A stretch of 64,000 nt of DNA from an uncultured Thermoleophilaceae bacterium. Its GTDB lineage: Bacteria; Actinomycetota; Thermoleophilia; Solirubrobacterales; Thermoleophilaceae. A program made the position numbers and the translations under genes. Positions 53,965-62,934 of the stretch are shown here, one piece after another. The notes below the pieces were generated by a model. That model did no database searches and was not told where the DNA came from. It saw only the letters and a program-made list of their open reading frames with translations. Position 1 is the stretch's first letter, and every line of letters starts with the position of its first letter. The stretch is from NCBI GenBank assembly GCA_963821275.1, contig CAWGDF010000012.1:34271-98270 (forward strand), read 5' to 3'.

Positions 53965-55062
53965 TCAGCCGGCGATTACGGCGTACAGGCGGGCCAGCCT
54001 GTCCGCCCAGGCGCCCAGGCCCATGGCGCTCTCGATGTGGGCTCGCGCGGCAGCGCGGGCGGCCTCGCTCACGTTAAGCAACTCGGCCGCGGCGGCGGCC
54101 AGCCGGTCGGGCTCTCCCGGCACCAGCCTGCAGGCGTCGAGGCCCTGGCCGATCAGCACCTGGCCGGGGATGTCGGTGGCCACCACGGGCACGCCCGCGG
54201 CCAGGGCCTCGGCCATCGCGAAGGGCATGCCCTCGGCACGGCTGGGCGACAGGAACACGTCGGCCGCCGCGTGGAGGCTGCGCGCATCCTCCTGGGGCTC
54301 GAGCACCCAGACGCTGTCGGAGACGCCGAGCGTGGCCGCCAGTTCGCGCGCCGGCGCTCCTCCTCCCACGGTCACCGCGGCGATCGGTCGCCGGCCGCTC
54401 AGCAACGCCGCGGCTTCGAGGAAGCGGTCGCCGCCCTTACGCTCCCAGTCCCACCCGAAGTGCAGCAGCACCGGTCGGTCGTCGGGCAGGCCGAGTTTGC
54501 GCCGGGCCTCCGCCCGCTCCTCCGGCCCCACCAGGGCAAAGCGCTCCACGTCGATCGCGTTTGGCCAGAGCTCGGTCCGGTCGCGCGGCGCGCCCCGGGC
54601 CAGGGCCGAGTCGAGGATGTTCGGCGCCACGCACAGCACCCGAGCGATGCCGCGGCCCAGCAGGCGGAACTTCGCCTGGTTGCGCACCCGCGCCGCGAGG
54701 CTGGGCTCCAGGCGGCTGTGCAGGTGCCAGACAAAGGCGGTTCCGGACCGCCCGCGGGCAGCGCGCGCGCTCGCCATGTCGTAGAAGGAGAAGTGCGAGT
54801 GCAGCACTGCCGGCCCAGGAGTGCGTTTGACGGCGTCCCGCACGGTGCGGTCGAGCTCGGTGCCGCGCCGGTCGGGAGTGAACGTGAGCCGCATCGGCCC
54901 GTGTTCCAGCCGTGCGGCCCAGTCGCGCTCGCGGGCGCCGGACGGGAGCAGGAGCTCCCCCTCCCAGCCCCGCTCGGCTGCGGCCCGACCCACCGCCTCG
55001 AGCATGGAGATGAACGAGCCTCCATATGGGCCGTCGTAGCCGGCCAGCTGGATCACCCTCAC
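53965..55062 (-). CDS. glycosyltransferase family 4 (GT-B)
   Basis: C-terminal E-x7-E-type region FLSPSRAEGMPFAMAEALAAGVPVVATD. The N-terminus VRVIQLAGYDGPYGG comes from the GTG at 55062; the longest ORF reaches 55137. Confidence 0.85.
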   Translation of the reverse strand: MRVIQLAGYDGPYGGSFISMLEAVGRAAAERGWEGELLLPSGARERDWAARLEHGPMRLTFTPDRRGTELDRTVRDAVKRTPGPAVLHSHFSFYDMASARAARGRSGTAFVWHLHSRLEPSLAARVRNQAKFRLLGRGIARVLCVAPNILDSALARGAPRDRTELWPNAIDVERFALVGPEERAEARRKLGLPDDRPVLLHFGWDWERKGGDRFLEAAALLSGRRPIAAVTVGGGAPARELAATLGVSDSVWVLEPQEDARSLHAAADVFLSPSRAEGMPFAMAEALAAGVPVVATDIPGQVLIGQGLDACRLVPGEPDRLAAAAAELLNVSEAARAAARAHIESAMGLGAWADRLARLYAVIAG

Positions 55063-55170
55063 CAGCGCAGCCCCTCGGTCAGCGCCCGTGCCTCGGTCAG
55101 GTCCGCCCTCGTTTAGACGGCGACCGGGCATGAGCAAGGGCGGTCATGGCTGGAAGCCTATGATCCCGCC

Positions 55171-55941
55171 ATGACGCTGCAGGCCACCGAGAGGCAGGGG
55201 GCCGCCGCGGCGCTGGAGCGCCTGCCCTCGCTCGAGGCCGACGTCGCCAAGCTGGTGCACCGCATCTCGCCGTTCGTGGCCCTGCCGGCGGGGGCGCGGG
55301 TGCTCGACCTCGGCGCAGCGCAGGGCGTTACGGTGGCCGCCCTGCGCCGAGCGGGGTTCGACGCGGTTGGAGTCGAGCCCTGGGACGAGGCGCGCGCGGC
55401 TTCCGACAGTGTCGCGGAACAGGCGGGACTCCCGGTCGAGGTCGTCGCGGGCAGCGCCTCGAGCATCCCCTTTCCCGACGGCACGTTCCAGCTGGTGCAC
55501 GCGCAGTCGGTGATGGAGCACGTTCCGGACCTGCCGGCCGCCCTCCGCGAGATCGCGCGCGTGGTCCGTCCCGGTGGGGGCTTCTGGTTCATGACCACCA
55601 GCGCGCTCTCGCCCCGCCAGAACGAGATCCGCGGCTTTCCCCTCTTCCCCTGGTATCCCGCTCCGGCGAAGCGCCGAATCATGGACTGGGCGGTGCGCGA
55701 GCGGCCCGGGCTGGTGGGCGGCACGACGATGCCGGCCTACCACTGGTTCACTCCCCGCATGGCCCGGCGCGAGCTGCGCGCCGCCGGATTTGCCCACGTG
55801 GTCGATCGCTGGGAGCTCAAGCGCGAGGACGAGCTCACCGGATGGCGCCTGCGGGCCCTCCGCGCGGTGCGGTCGAGCAAGCTGCTCAAGCTGGGAGGGG
55901 ACGTGGTGGTGCGCGACTCGTCGTACCTCGCGATCAGGTAG
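55171..55941 (+). CDS. class I SAM-dependent methyltransferase
   Basis: ARVLDLGAAQGVTVAALRRAGFDAVGVE is motif I. Also FQLVHAQSVMEHV and VRPGGGFWF. Confidence 0.85.
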   Translation: MTLQATERQGAAAALERLPSLEADVAKLVHRISPFVALPAGARVLDLGAAQGVTVAALRRAGFDAVGVEPWDEARAASDSVAEQAGLPVEVVAGSASSIPFPDGTFQLVHAQSVMEHVPDLPAALREIARVVRPGGGFWFMTTSALSPRQNEIRGFPLFPWYPAPAKRRIMDWAVRERPGLVGGTTMPAYHWFTPRMARRELRAAGFAHVVDRWELKREDELTGWRLRALRAVRSSKLLKLGGDVVVRDSSYLAIR

Positions 55942-56848
55942 CCCGGCGCCCGCGCGGCACCGTGAGACGGAAGGCGACCTTGCCCGCGAACGCACGGGCC
56001 CGGAGGGCGCGGGACCGGGCGTAGCGCTCGAAGCGCTCGAGCATCTCGCCGATCTGCGCCCGGGGAGAGACGATCATGAGCGCTCGCAGCTGGTCGATGT
56101 GGAGCTCGTGGTACGCGGGGCTGGCCAGGTTGGGCACCCGGTGCGGGTACAGGTCGTAGAGCGACCACCAGCCGCGGTCCCAGCGTCCGAGCGACACGGC
56201 GAGCCCGTCCAGCGCCGTCTCGTACTCGGCTCTGGCCTCGCCGTCCCCCAAGGCCAGGGCCACGTCGAGCAGGCCCCAGACGGCGTAGATCCCGCCGTTG
56301 AGCACGTACGAGGGAGGCCGTGTGGGGTACTCCTCGTAAAAGGGCGCCCCGTCGAGCTCCGCGCGCACACCGCCCGCCCGGCTGTCGACCCGGTAGGGCT
56401 CGAGAACCCGGCGGGCGGCCGCCGCGAAGCGGTCCTCGCCGGTCGCGGCATGAACCCGCACCAACAGGCTCGCCGCCTGACCCTGGGCCATCGCCGAGAG
56501 CCAGGGCGGCCGCAAGCGGAACGTGTGCGGATAGGGGTGCTCGTGCACGAGCCCGCCGCTCGCGTCGAGCCGAGCGACGAGCCCGTCCGCGACCCGTATG
56601 GCGGCAGCCAACCAGCGCTCGTCTGTCCCGTGCAGCCAGCGCTCATGCGCGCCGAGCCCCCACTGAGTGGCAACCACGTGGAGGCTCGACGGGGGCGGGC
56701 CGTCCGGCTCCACGGCCTTGACCCGCAGGTCGATGTAATAGCCGCGGGGGATTGCCGGGTGGATCAGCGAGCCGAGCGGCTGCCCGAAGGATGTGCTGAA
56801 AAAGCCGCCTCCGGGAAGCGCCTTGCGAAGTGCGGGACCGAGCTCCAC
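55934..56848 (-). CDS. D-glucuronyl C5-epimerase C-terminal-domain family protein
   Basis: PPWLSAMAQGQAASLLVRVHAATGEDRF...YVLNGGIYAVWGLLDV...WSLYDL...ASPAYHELHIDQL resembles the (alpha/alpha)-barrel C5-epimerase family pattern. The GTG at 56848 is preferred, because the longest ORF (to 56908) would overlap the divergent beta-helix gene start. Confidence 0.65.
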   Translation of the reverse strand: MELGPALRKALPGGGFFSTSFGQPLGSLIHPAIPRGYYIDLRVKAVEPDGPPPSSLHVVATQWGLGAHERWLHGTDERWLAAAIRVADGLVARLDASGGLVHEHPYPHTFRLRPPWLSAMAQGQAASLLVRVHAATGEDRFAAAARRVLEPYRVDSRAGGVRAELDGAPFYEEYPTRPPSYVLNGGIYAVWGLLDVALALGDGEARAEYETALDGLAVSLGRWDRGWWSLYDLYPHRVPNLASPAYHELHIDQLRALMIVSPRAQIGEMLERFERYARSRALRARAFAGKVAFRLTVPRGRRAT

Positions 56849-56883
56849 GCCGGATATAGTCCCCCGGACTCGCGATCGGGGGG

Positions 56884-57975
56884 TTGCCGGGTGCCGTGCT
56901 TGCTTCAAGCTGCCGACAGTTCATGCTGCTTGCGGCCGCGCTCAGCGCGGCCGTGTTCGCCATTCCCTCGCTCTCCGACGAGGCGCCGGGCGCTCGGCCG
57001 AAGTCGGGTTGCGACCGCTTCGCTTCACCGAACGGCTCGGACCGCGCCTCCGGAACGGCCGCAAGGCCGTTTCGCACGCCTGCGCGGCTGGTGGCTGCTC
57101 TGCGCCCGGGAGACCGGGGCTGCCTCCGGCGGGGTACCTACTACGGCCCCCTCCGTATTCACCGCGGGGGCCGGGCCGGCAGGCGACTCGTGCTCAGGGC
57201 CTTCCGCTCCGAGCGGGTCCGGTTCGTCGGGCGGCTGTGGCTCGACGCCGCCGCCGATTATGTGACGATCCGCGGGCTCCACCTCGACGGCACAAACAGC
57301 CTCAGGTTGCCCAGCCCGACCGTGAACGCGCAGCACGCGCGCTTCGTCGGCAACGACGTGACCAACGCGCGCAGCGGCATCTGCTTCTCGCTCGGTCACG
57401 AGCGCTACGGGATCGCCGAGGACGTGGCCATCGTGCGCAACCGCATTCACGACTGCGGCCGGCTTCCGCCGACGAACCACGAACACGGGGTCTACCTCAG
57501 CATGGCGCGGCGCACCCTGCTCGAGGGCAACTGGATCTACCGCAACGCCGACCGCGGAATCCAGCTGTCGCCCGACGCCCAGGACACGCTGGTGCGGGGC
57601 AACGTCATCAACGCCAACGGACAGGGCATCATCTTCTCCGGTGCCGGGGCGGTGTCCTCCGGCGGCACGCTGGTGCAGGGCAACGTGATCAGCAACTCCC
57701 TGGTGCGTCACAACGTCGAGTCCTTCTACCCCGCGGGCACTCCGATCGGCAGCGGCAACCTGGTGGAGGGAAACTGCATAGGCGGCGGCGTCCGCGATGA
57801 CGGGAACGGCGGGATAGCGCAGGCCGTGGGGTTCTCGGTGGGCCGCAACATGATCGCCGCTCCCCGCTTTCGCCGTTGGGACGGGGCCGACCTACGGCTG
57901 GCCCGAGGCGACCGCTGCGCCGCAATGCTCCAGGCGAACCCGAGATCGATTCCGGGCCCGCCCCGTCGCCGCTGA
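56884..57975 (+). CDS. right-handed parallel beta-helix repeat protein (paralogue A)
   Basis: Hydrophobic N-terminus. Repeated N/H-rich turns read VGNDVTNARSGICFSLGH, IVRNRIHDCGRLPPTNHEHGVY, EGNWIYRNADRGIQL, RGNVINANGQGIIF and QGNVISNS. The start is TTG 56884 or ATG 56923. Confidence 0.8.
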   Translation: MPGAVLASSCRQFMLLAAALSAAVFAIPSLSDEAPGARPKSGCDRFASPNGSDRASGTAARPFRTPARLVAALRPGDRGCLRRGTYYGPLRIHRGGRAGRRLVLRAFRSERVRFVGRLWLDAAADYVTIRGLHLDGTNSLRLPSPTVNAQHARFVGNDVTNARSGICFSLGHERYGIAEDVAIVRNRIHDCGRLPPTNHEHGVYLSMARRTLLEGNWIYRNADRGIQLSPDAQDTLVRGNVINANGQGIIFSGAGAVSSGGTLVQGNVISNSLVRHNVESFYPAGTPIGSGNLVEGNCIGGGVRDDGNGGIAQAVGFSVGRNMIAAPRFRRWDGADLRLARGDRCAAMLQANPRSIPGPPRRR

Positions 57976-58020
57976 TCCGCCGGCCAGACCAGAGGCATCG
58001 CTTGCCGATCCAGGGAAGGC

Positions 58021-61000
58021 ATGAGAAGGTCGATCGTGCCCCAGCGCCCGGTCCCCTCGCTCGTTCGCGCCTCGACGCCTGCCTTGGCGTGCGCCGTGAT
58101 CCTCGCCCTGGGCGCGCTGACCGCCGGGGCGGCCGGCGCCGCTCCACGCGCTGCCGAGCCCGGCAGTCACGGGCTCGCAGGGGTCCCCGAGGCACAACTG
58201 CACGACTTCGAGACGCAGGTGCTCGGGCCGGCGCACGCCCGCGAGCACGCCCGTCTGCGCGCCGCGGAGCGCGCCGGGCTGATCAGCGAAGCGGAGGCGG
58301 CCCACGCGGAGTCCAACCGCGACGAGGCGTCCGCGGGCCGGCTGGCGCCCTTGGCGGCGAGCGACGACCCGGCCGTGGCAGGCCGCTGGAGCGCCCCGTT
58401 CTCCATACCGGTCATGGGCATCCACGCCGCGATGCTGCCCACGGGCAAGGCGATGTGGTGGTCCTACCCGATCAACCCGAATCGGCCCTACGGCGACCCG
58501 AGCTACCCGAACACCGCCCAGGCCTGGCTGTGGGACCCGGCGACGGGACAGACCAAGCGGGTGGACCCGCCCCTGTGGCGTGATCCCGCCGACGGTCAGC
58601 TCAAGCCGGCCAACATCTGGTGCAGCGGCCAATCCTTCCTCGCCGACGGGCGGCTGCTCGTAACGGGCGGCAACCTGGCCTACCAGGGCGCGGGCAACCC
58701 GCCCTTTGCCGACTACGCCGGCCTCAACAAGGTCTACACCTTCAACCCCTTCAACGAGACCTGGACCGAGCAGCCCGACATGGCGCGCGGGCGCTGGTAC
58801 CCGAGCCAAGCGCTTCTTCCCGACGGGCGGGCGGTGATCATGTCCGGCCAGGACGAGGGGGGCGTGCCCTCGCGCTACAACAAGGACATCGAGATCCTAA
58901 CGCCGTCGGTATCGCTCGACGGGCGCGGCACGATCAGCCGGCTGGGGGGCCGCGGCGGCGCCGGGCAGCCGCCCGACGGCGGCCTCTACCCCCACCTGTT
59001 CGCCATGCCGAGCGGGCGGCTGATGGTCGCGGGCCCGGATCCGAACGACTCCTGGTTCCTCAACGACCCGGGAACGGGCAACGTCTTCGGTTGGAGCGAC
59101 TTTGCGGCTCCGTCTCGCCGGCGGCTGTGGGGTTCCGCAGTCCTGCGCCCCGGCACCGCGGACGGCTCGACCAAGGTCACGCTGCTGGGCGGGTCGATGC
59201 CCGACTACTCCACCAGCCCGCCCTCGAACGCCGGGGGCGTCGCGAGCACCGAGACCCTGGACGAGGCCAACTCCGCCGCCGGCTGGCAGCCGGGCGCCGC
59301 CATGAACATCGGCCGCAGCCATCTGAACACCGTGCTCCTGCCCGACAGCTCCATGGTCACGGTGGGAGGCGGTGTGGGCACGCGGCAACCGGAGGGCCAA
59401 TGGGCGGCCGACCCCAAGCAGCGGCAGGTCGAGCTCTATGACCCTGCCTCGAACAGCTGGCGGCTCGGGGCCGCTCAGGCCGAGTCGCGGGCCTACCACT
59501 CCACGGCGCTCCTGCTCCCGGACGCGCGCGTGCTGTCCGCCGGCGATGACGTCAACGGCGGCATCGACCGTGACACGGCCGAGATATACGAGCCGCCCTA
59601 TCTCTTCAAGGGCCCGCGGCCGACCATCAGCTCCGCTCCCGCCACGCTGAAGATCGGACAGTCCGCCAGCGTGGACACCGCTGGTGCGACGGCGGCAAAG
59701 GCCGTGCTGGTGGCCCCCGCGGCGGTGACGCACGCCAACGACATGAACCAGCGCGTGGTGCCGCTGGTGGCGACGCCGCGCAGCGGCGGGCTGACCGTGA
59801 GCGCTCCCGCGGCCGGCACGATCGCACCTCCCGGCTACTACATGATGTTCGTGTTGAGCGACCAGGGCGTGCCCTCGGTGGCCAAGTGGGTCAGGCTCGA
59901 GCCCAACGCGAGCGCGCCGCCGGCCGGCCTGGTGGCGGCTTACTCGTTCGACGAGGGGACCGGAACCAGCGTCGCCGACGCAGCGGGCAAGGGCAACGGC
60001 GGCACGATCTCCGGCGCAAGCTGGGACTCGGCGGGCAGGAACGGCAAGGCGCTCTCCTTCGACGGGGTCGACGATCGCGTGACCGTCCCGGACGCGAACA
60101 GCCTCGATCTCACCTCCTCGATGACCCTCGAGGCTTGGATCAAGCCGCGGACGGCGGGCGGGTATCGCACGGCGATCCTCAAGGAACGCCCGGGCAATCT
60201 CGCCTACGCGCTCTATGCGAGCACGACCCAAGCAAACCGGCCCGCCGCGGAGGCGGGATCGGCGGAGTTGCTTGGCTCTTCGGCGCTGACCGCCAACACG
60301 TGGAGTCACCTGGCCGCCACCTACGACGGCTCGGTGCTGCGGCTGTACGTGAACGGTGCGCTGGTGGGTTCGAAGAACCAGTCCCTCGGGCTGCCGACGT
60401 CGGGCAACCCGCTGCGGATCGGCGGCAACGCGGTCTGGACCGACGAGCATTTCGACGGCCTGATCGACGACGTGCGCGTGTACAACCGCGCGCTCAGCCC
60501 AAGCGAGATCCAGGCGGACAGAGACACGCCGGTGGGCGGCGGTGCCCCCCCGCCGCCGCCACCACCCCCGGACACCACCGCGCCGTCGGTGTCGCTCACC
60601 GCTCCCGCCGACGGCGCGACCCTCTCCGGCACCGTCAACGTGACCGCCAACGCGTCCGACGACACGGCGGTAAGCGGCGTCCAGTTCAAGCTCGACGGGC
60701 AGAACCTCGGAGCAGAGGACACGACCGCCCCCTACGCGCTCCCCTGGAACACCGTCTCGGCGAGCAACGGCAGCCATAGCCTCACCGCCGTCGCCCGCGA
60801 TGCCGCCGGGAACAGCAGGACATCCGCAGCGCGCTCGGTAACTGTCCAGAACTCCAGCACCCCCCAGGGGCTGGTGGCCGCCTACTCCTTCAACGAGGGC
60901 TCCGGCACGATCGCCACCGACGCGTCCCCCCGGCGCAACACCGGAGCAGTCAGCGGAGCCGCCTGGACGGGCGCCGGGCGCAACGGCGGCGCGCTCAGCT

Positions 61001-61491
61001 TCGACGGCGTCGACGACTGGGTCGCGGTGCCGGACGCGGACTCGCTCGACCTCACGAACCGAATGACCCTCGAGGCCTGGGTGCGGCCCGGGACAGCGAG
61101 CGCCTGGCGCACGGTGATCCTCAAGGAGCGGATCGGGAGCCTCGCCTACGCTCTCTACTCGAGCACCACGAGCGCCGGCCGCCCGAATGCCGAGGCGGGC
61201 TCGGCCGACCTCTACGGGGCCTCCGCCCTCCCGACGTCCGCCTGGAGCCACCTGGCCGCCACCTACGACGGCTCCACCCTGCGCTTCTATGTCAACGGGA
61301 CCGAGGTGGCCTCGCGCTCGTCGACTGTCCTGATGCCGAAAACGACCGGTGCGCTCCGGATCGGCGGCAATTCGATCTGGGGCGAGTTCTTCCAGGGAAC
61401 GCTGGACGACGTAAGGATCTACGACCGCTCCCTGAGCGCCGCGGAGGTTCGATCTGACCGGGACACAGCCGTGCCGCTCGGAACGCCCTAG
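58021..61491 (+). CDS. secreted multidomain protein: galactose-oxidase/glyoxal-oxidase-like kelch propeller + DUF1929-like domain + LamG + Ig-like + LamG
   Basis: N-terminal signal-like region, then IWCSGQSFLADGRLLVTGG...RWYPSQALLPDGRAVIMSG...RAYHSTALLLPDARVLSAGDD...VTHANDMNQR...PPGYYMMFVL (glyoxal-oxidase-like). It also holds two ~205-aa concanavalin-A-like LamG modules and a PPPPPPPP linker plus an Ig-like module (TAPSVSLTAPADGATLSGTVNVTANASDDTAVSGVQFKLDG). Confidence 0.85.
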   Translation: MRRSIVPQRPVPSLVRASTPALACAVILALGALTAGAAGAAPRAAEPGSHGLAGVPEAQLHDFETQVLGPAHAREHARLRAAERAGLISEAEAAHAESNRDEASAGRLAPLAASDDPAVAGRWSAPFSIPVMGIHAAMLPTGKAMWWSYPINPNRPYGDPSYPNTAQAWLWDPATGQTKRVDPPLWRDPADGQLKPANIWCSGQSFLADGRLLVTGGNLAYQGAGNPPFADYAGLNKVYTFNPFNETWTEQPDMARGRWYPSQALLPDGRAVIMSGQDEGGVPSRYNKDIEILTPSVSLDGRGTISRLGGRGGAGQPPDGGLYPHLFAMPSGRLMVAGPDPNDSWFLNDPGTGNVFGWSDFAAPSRRRLWGSAVLRPGTADGSTKVTLLGGSMPDYSTSPPSNAGGVASTETLDEANSAAGWQPGAAMNIGRSHLNTVLLPDSSMVTVGGGVGTRQPEGQWAADPKQRQVELYDPASNSWRLGAAQAESRAYHSTALLLPDARVLSAGDDVNGGIDRDTAEIYEPPYLFKGPRPTISSAPATLKIGQSASVDTAGATAAKAVLVAPAAVTHANDMNQRVVPLVATPRSGGLTVSAPAAGTIAPPGYYMMFVLSDQGVPSVAKWVRLEPNASAPPAGLVAAYSFDEGTGTSVADAAGKGNGGTISGASWDSAGRNGKALSFDGVDDRVTVPDANSLDLTSSMTLEAWIKPRTAGGYRTAILKERPGNLAYALYASTTQANRPAAEAGSAELLGSSALTANTWSHLAATYDGSVLRLYVNGALVGSKNQSLGLPTSGNPLRIGGNAVWTDEHFDGLIDDVRVYNRALSPSEIQADRDTPVGGGAPPPPPPPPDTTAPSVSLTAPADGATLSGTVNVTANASDDTAVSGVQFKLDGQNLGAEDTTAPYALPWNTVSASNGSHSLTAVARDAAGNSRTSAARSVTVQNSSTPQGLVAAYSFNEGSGTIATDASPRRNTGAVSGAAWTGAGRNGGALSFDGVDDWVAVPDADSLDLTNRMTLEAWVRPGTASAWRTVILKERIGSLAYALYSSTTSAGRPNAEAGSADLYGASALPTSAWSHLAATYDGSTLRFYVNGTEVASRSSTVLMPKTTGALRIGGNSIWGEFFQGTLDDVRIYDRSLSAAEVRSDRDTAVPLGTP
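59926..60540 (+). repeat. LamG module copy 1 (intragenic tandem duplication)
   Basis: GLVAAYSFDEGTGTSVADAAGKGNGGTISGASWDSAGRNGKALSFDGVDDRVTVPDANSLDLTSSMTLEAWIKP...IDDVRVYNRALSPSEIQADRDTPV aligns residue by residue with copy 2. Confidence 0.75.
60868..61482 (+). repeat. LamG module copy 2 (intragenic tandem duplication)
   Basis: GLVAAYSFNEGSGTIATDASPRRNTGAVSGAAWTGAGRNGGALSFDGVDDWVAVPDADSLDLTNRMTLEAWVRP...LDDVRIYDRSLSAAEVRSDRDTAV. Confidence 0.75.
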
Positions 61492-61614
61492 TCACAGGCA
61501 CCGCGCTACGATGCGGCGACGAGGATTCCAGGATGGAATCGCAAGCCGAATGGATTCGGCATCGCGCCCGATGCCTATGGCTACCTGCGGCCTTCGGGAG
61601 GGGTCGCGGGCGCG

Positions 61615-62934
61615 TTGTCCGGCCTTCTCCTGCTCGCGGCCGCGCCCGCCTCGAGTGAAGAATCCGTTCCCCAGGGCGGGGGCTGCTCCAGGACCGTCTC
61701 GCCGGGGCCCGTCGCGGACGTGCAGCGGCTGGTCGATTCGCTGGAGGCGGGGCAGACCGGCTGCCTGCGGGCGGGAACCTACGCGGGCTCCCTGAAGATC
61801 ACCACGGCCGGCATCACCCTCCGCGCTCGGCCGGGAGAACGGGTGACTGTCAGCGGTCGCCTCTGGATCGCGGAGGGCGCCGACGAGGTCACGGTCGAAG
61901 GCCTGACCCTAGACGGCCGCAGCCCCCGCGGCCTCCCCTCCCCCACCGTCAACGCGGACGGCGCCGTCTTCCGCAGCAACGACGTGACCAACCGACACAC
62001 CGGAATCTGCTTTTCGCTCGGCCACGCGGCCTACGGGCGCGCCGACGGCACGCTCATCGAGAGCAATCGCATCCATGACTGCGGGCGTCTGCCGGCCACC
62101 AACCACGACCACGGCATCTACGTAGCTGCGGCCAGCCGGACGATGATCCGAAACAACTGGATTCACGACAACGCGGACCGCGGCATCCAGCTGTACCCGG
62201 ATGCCCAGCGGACCGTCATCACCGGGAATGTGATCCACGGCAATGGGCAGGGCGTGATCTTCTCCGGCGACGCAGGAGTCAGCTCGAGCGACAACCTAGT
62301 CCAGGGCAACACGATCACGGGCAGCAACGTACGCAGCAACGTGGAGAGCTTTTATCCGGCGGGCACGCCCGCCGGCCGCAACAACATCGTGCGCGGCAAC
62401 TGCATCAGCGGCGGCGCCCGCGACTTCGGAAACGGCGGGATCGCCGAGCCCAGGGGCTTCCTGCTGTCTGCCAACCTGATCGCGGACCCCCGGTACGCGG
62501 ATCCTGGTGCGAGTGACTTCCGGCTGCTCCCGAACAGCCCCTGCCGGGGCGTACTCGCCCAGCCCGACGCCGTCCCGGGCCCGGCCGGCACGGGGGCAGC
62601 GCACGCGTCGCCGGCGGGCGCTCGGGTGGTACTCAAAGTCCAGCGGCGCTGGGCGCGGCGCGGAGGGCGGCTGCCGTTGCGCGGCCGCGTGCCTGGCGCT
62701 CGCGCCCGCGAGGGTTCGCGCGCGCTGATCGTGGCGCGCTCGGCAGGCAGACGCCGCCGCTTGGCCGCGGCGGACGTGCGGAGAGACGGCCGCTTCCGCG
62801 CCCGGCCGCGTCTGCGCGCGGCCCGCCGGGCACGCACCGTGGGGATTCGGGCGGTCGTGCCGGGCGTAGGCCGGTCGCCCGAGGTGGTCGTGAGCCTCGC
62901 GGGTCAGCGAGCCGGGCCGGCCCGCTTGAGGTAG
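61615..62934 (+). CDS. right-handed parallel beta-helix repeat protein (paralogue B) with Arg-rich C-terminal extension
   Basis: Collinear with 56884..57975: RSNDVTNRHTGICFSLGH, IESNRIHDCGRLPATNHDHGIY, RNNWIHDNADRGIQL, TGNVIHGNGQGVIF and QGNTITGSN. It has a TTG start. The 3' end overlaps the convergent GT4 gene by 31 nt. Confidence 0.8.
   Translation: MSGLLLLAAAPASSEESVPQGGGCSRTVSPGPVADVQRLVDSLEAGQTGCLRAGTYAGSLKITTAGITLRARPGERVTVSGRLWIAEGADEVTVEGLTLDGRSPRGLPSPTVNADGAVFRSNDVTNRHTGICFSLGHAAYGRADGTLIESNRIHDCGRLPATNHDHGIYVAAASRTMIRNNWIHDNADRGIQLYPDAQRTVITGNVIHGNGQGVIFSGDAGVSSSDNLVQGNTITGSNVRSNVESFYPAGTPAGRNNIVRGNCISGGARDFGNGGIAEPRGFLLSANLIADPRYADPGASDFRLLPNSPCRGVLAQPDAVPGPAGTGAAHASPAGARVVLKVQRRWARRGGRLPLRGRVPGARAREGSRALIVARSAGRRRRLAAADVRRDGRFRARPRLRAARRARTVGIRAVVPGVGRSPEVVVSLAGQRAGPARLR

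Noticed and set aside
58897-61251. 784-aa minus-strand ORF
   Set aside because: It is antisense to the galactose-oxidase-like/LamG gene, whose frame shows clear domain repeats.
61511-61795. ATG-initiated 94-aa ORF that might provide a charged signal-peptide N-region for beta-helix paralogue B via another frameshift
   Set aside because: Paralogue A has a similarly short, uncharged hydrophobic N-terminus with a TTG/ATG start. No frameshift is therefore needed, and the 61511 ORF is Arg/Pro-rich and out of frame.
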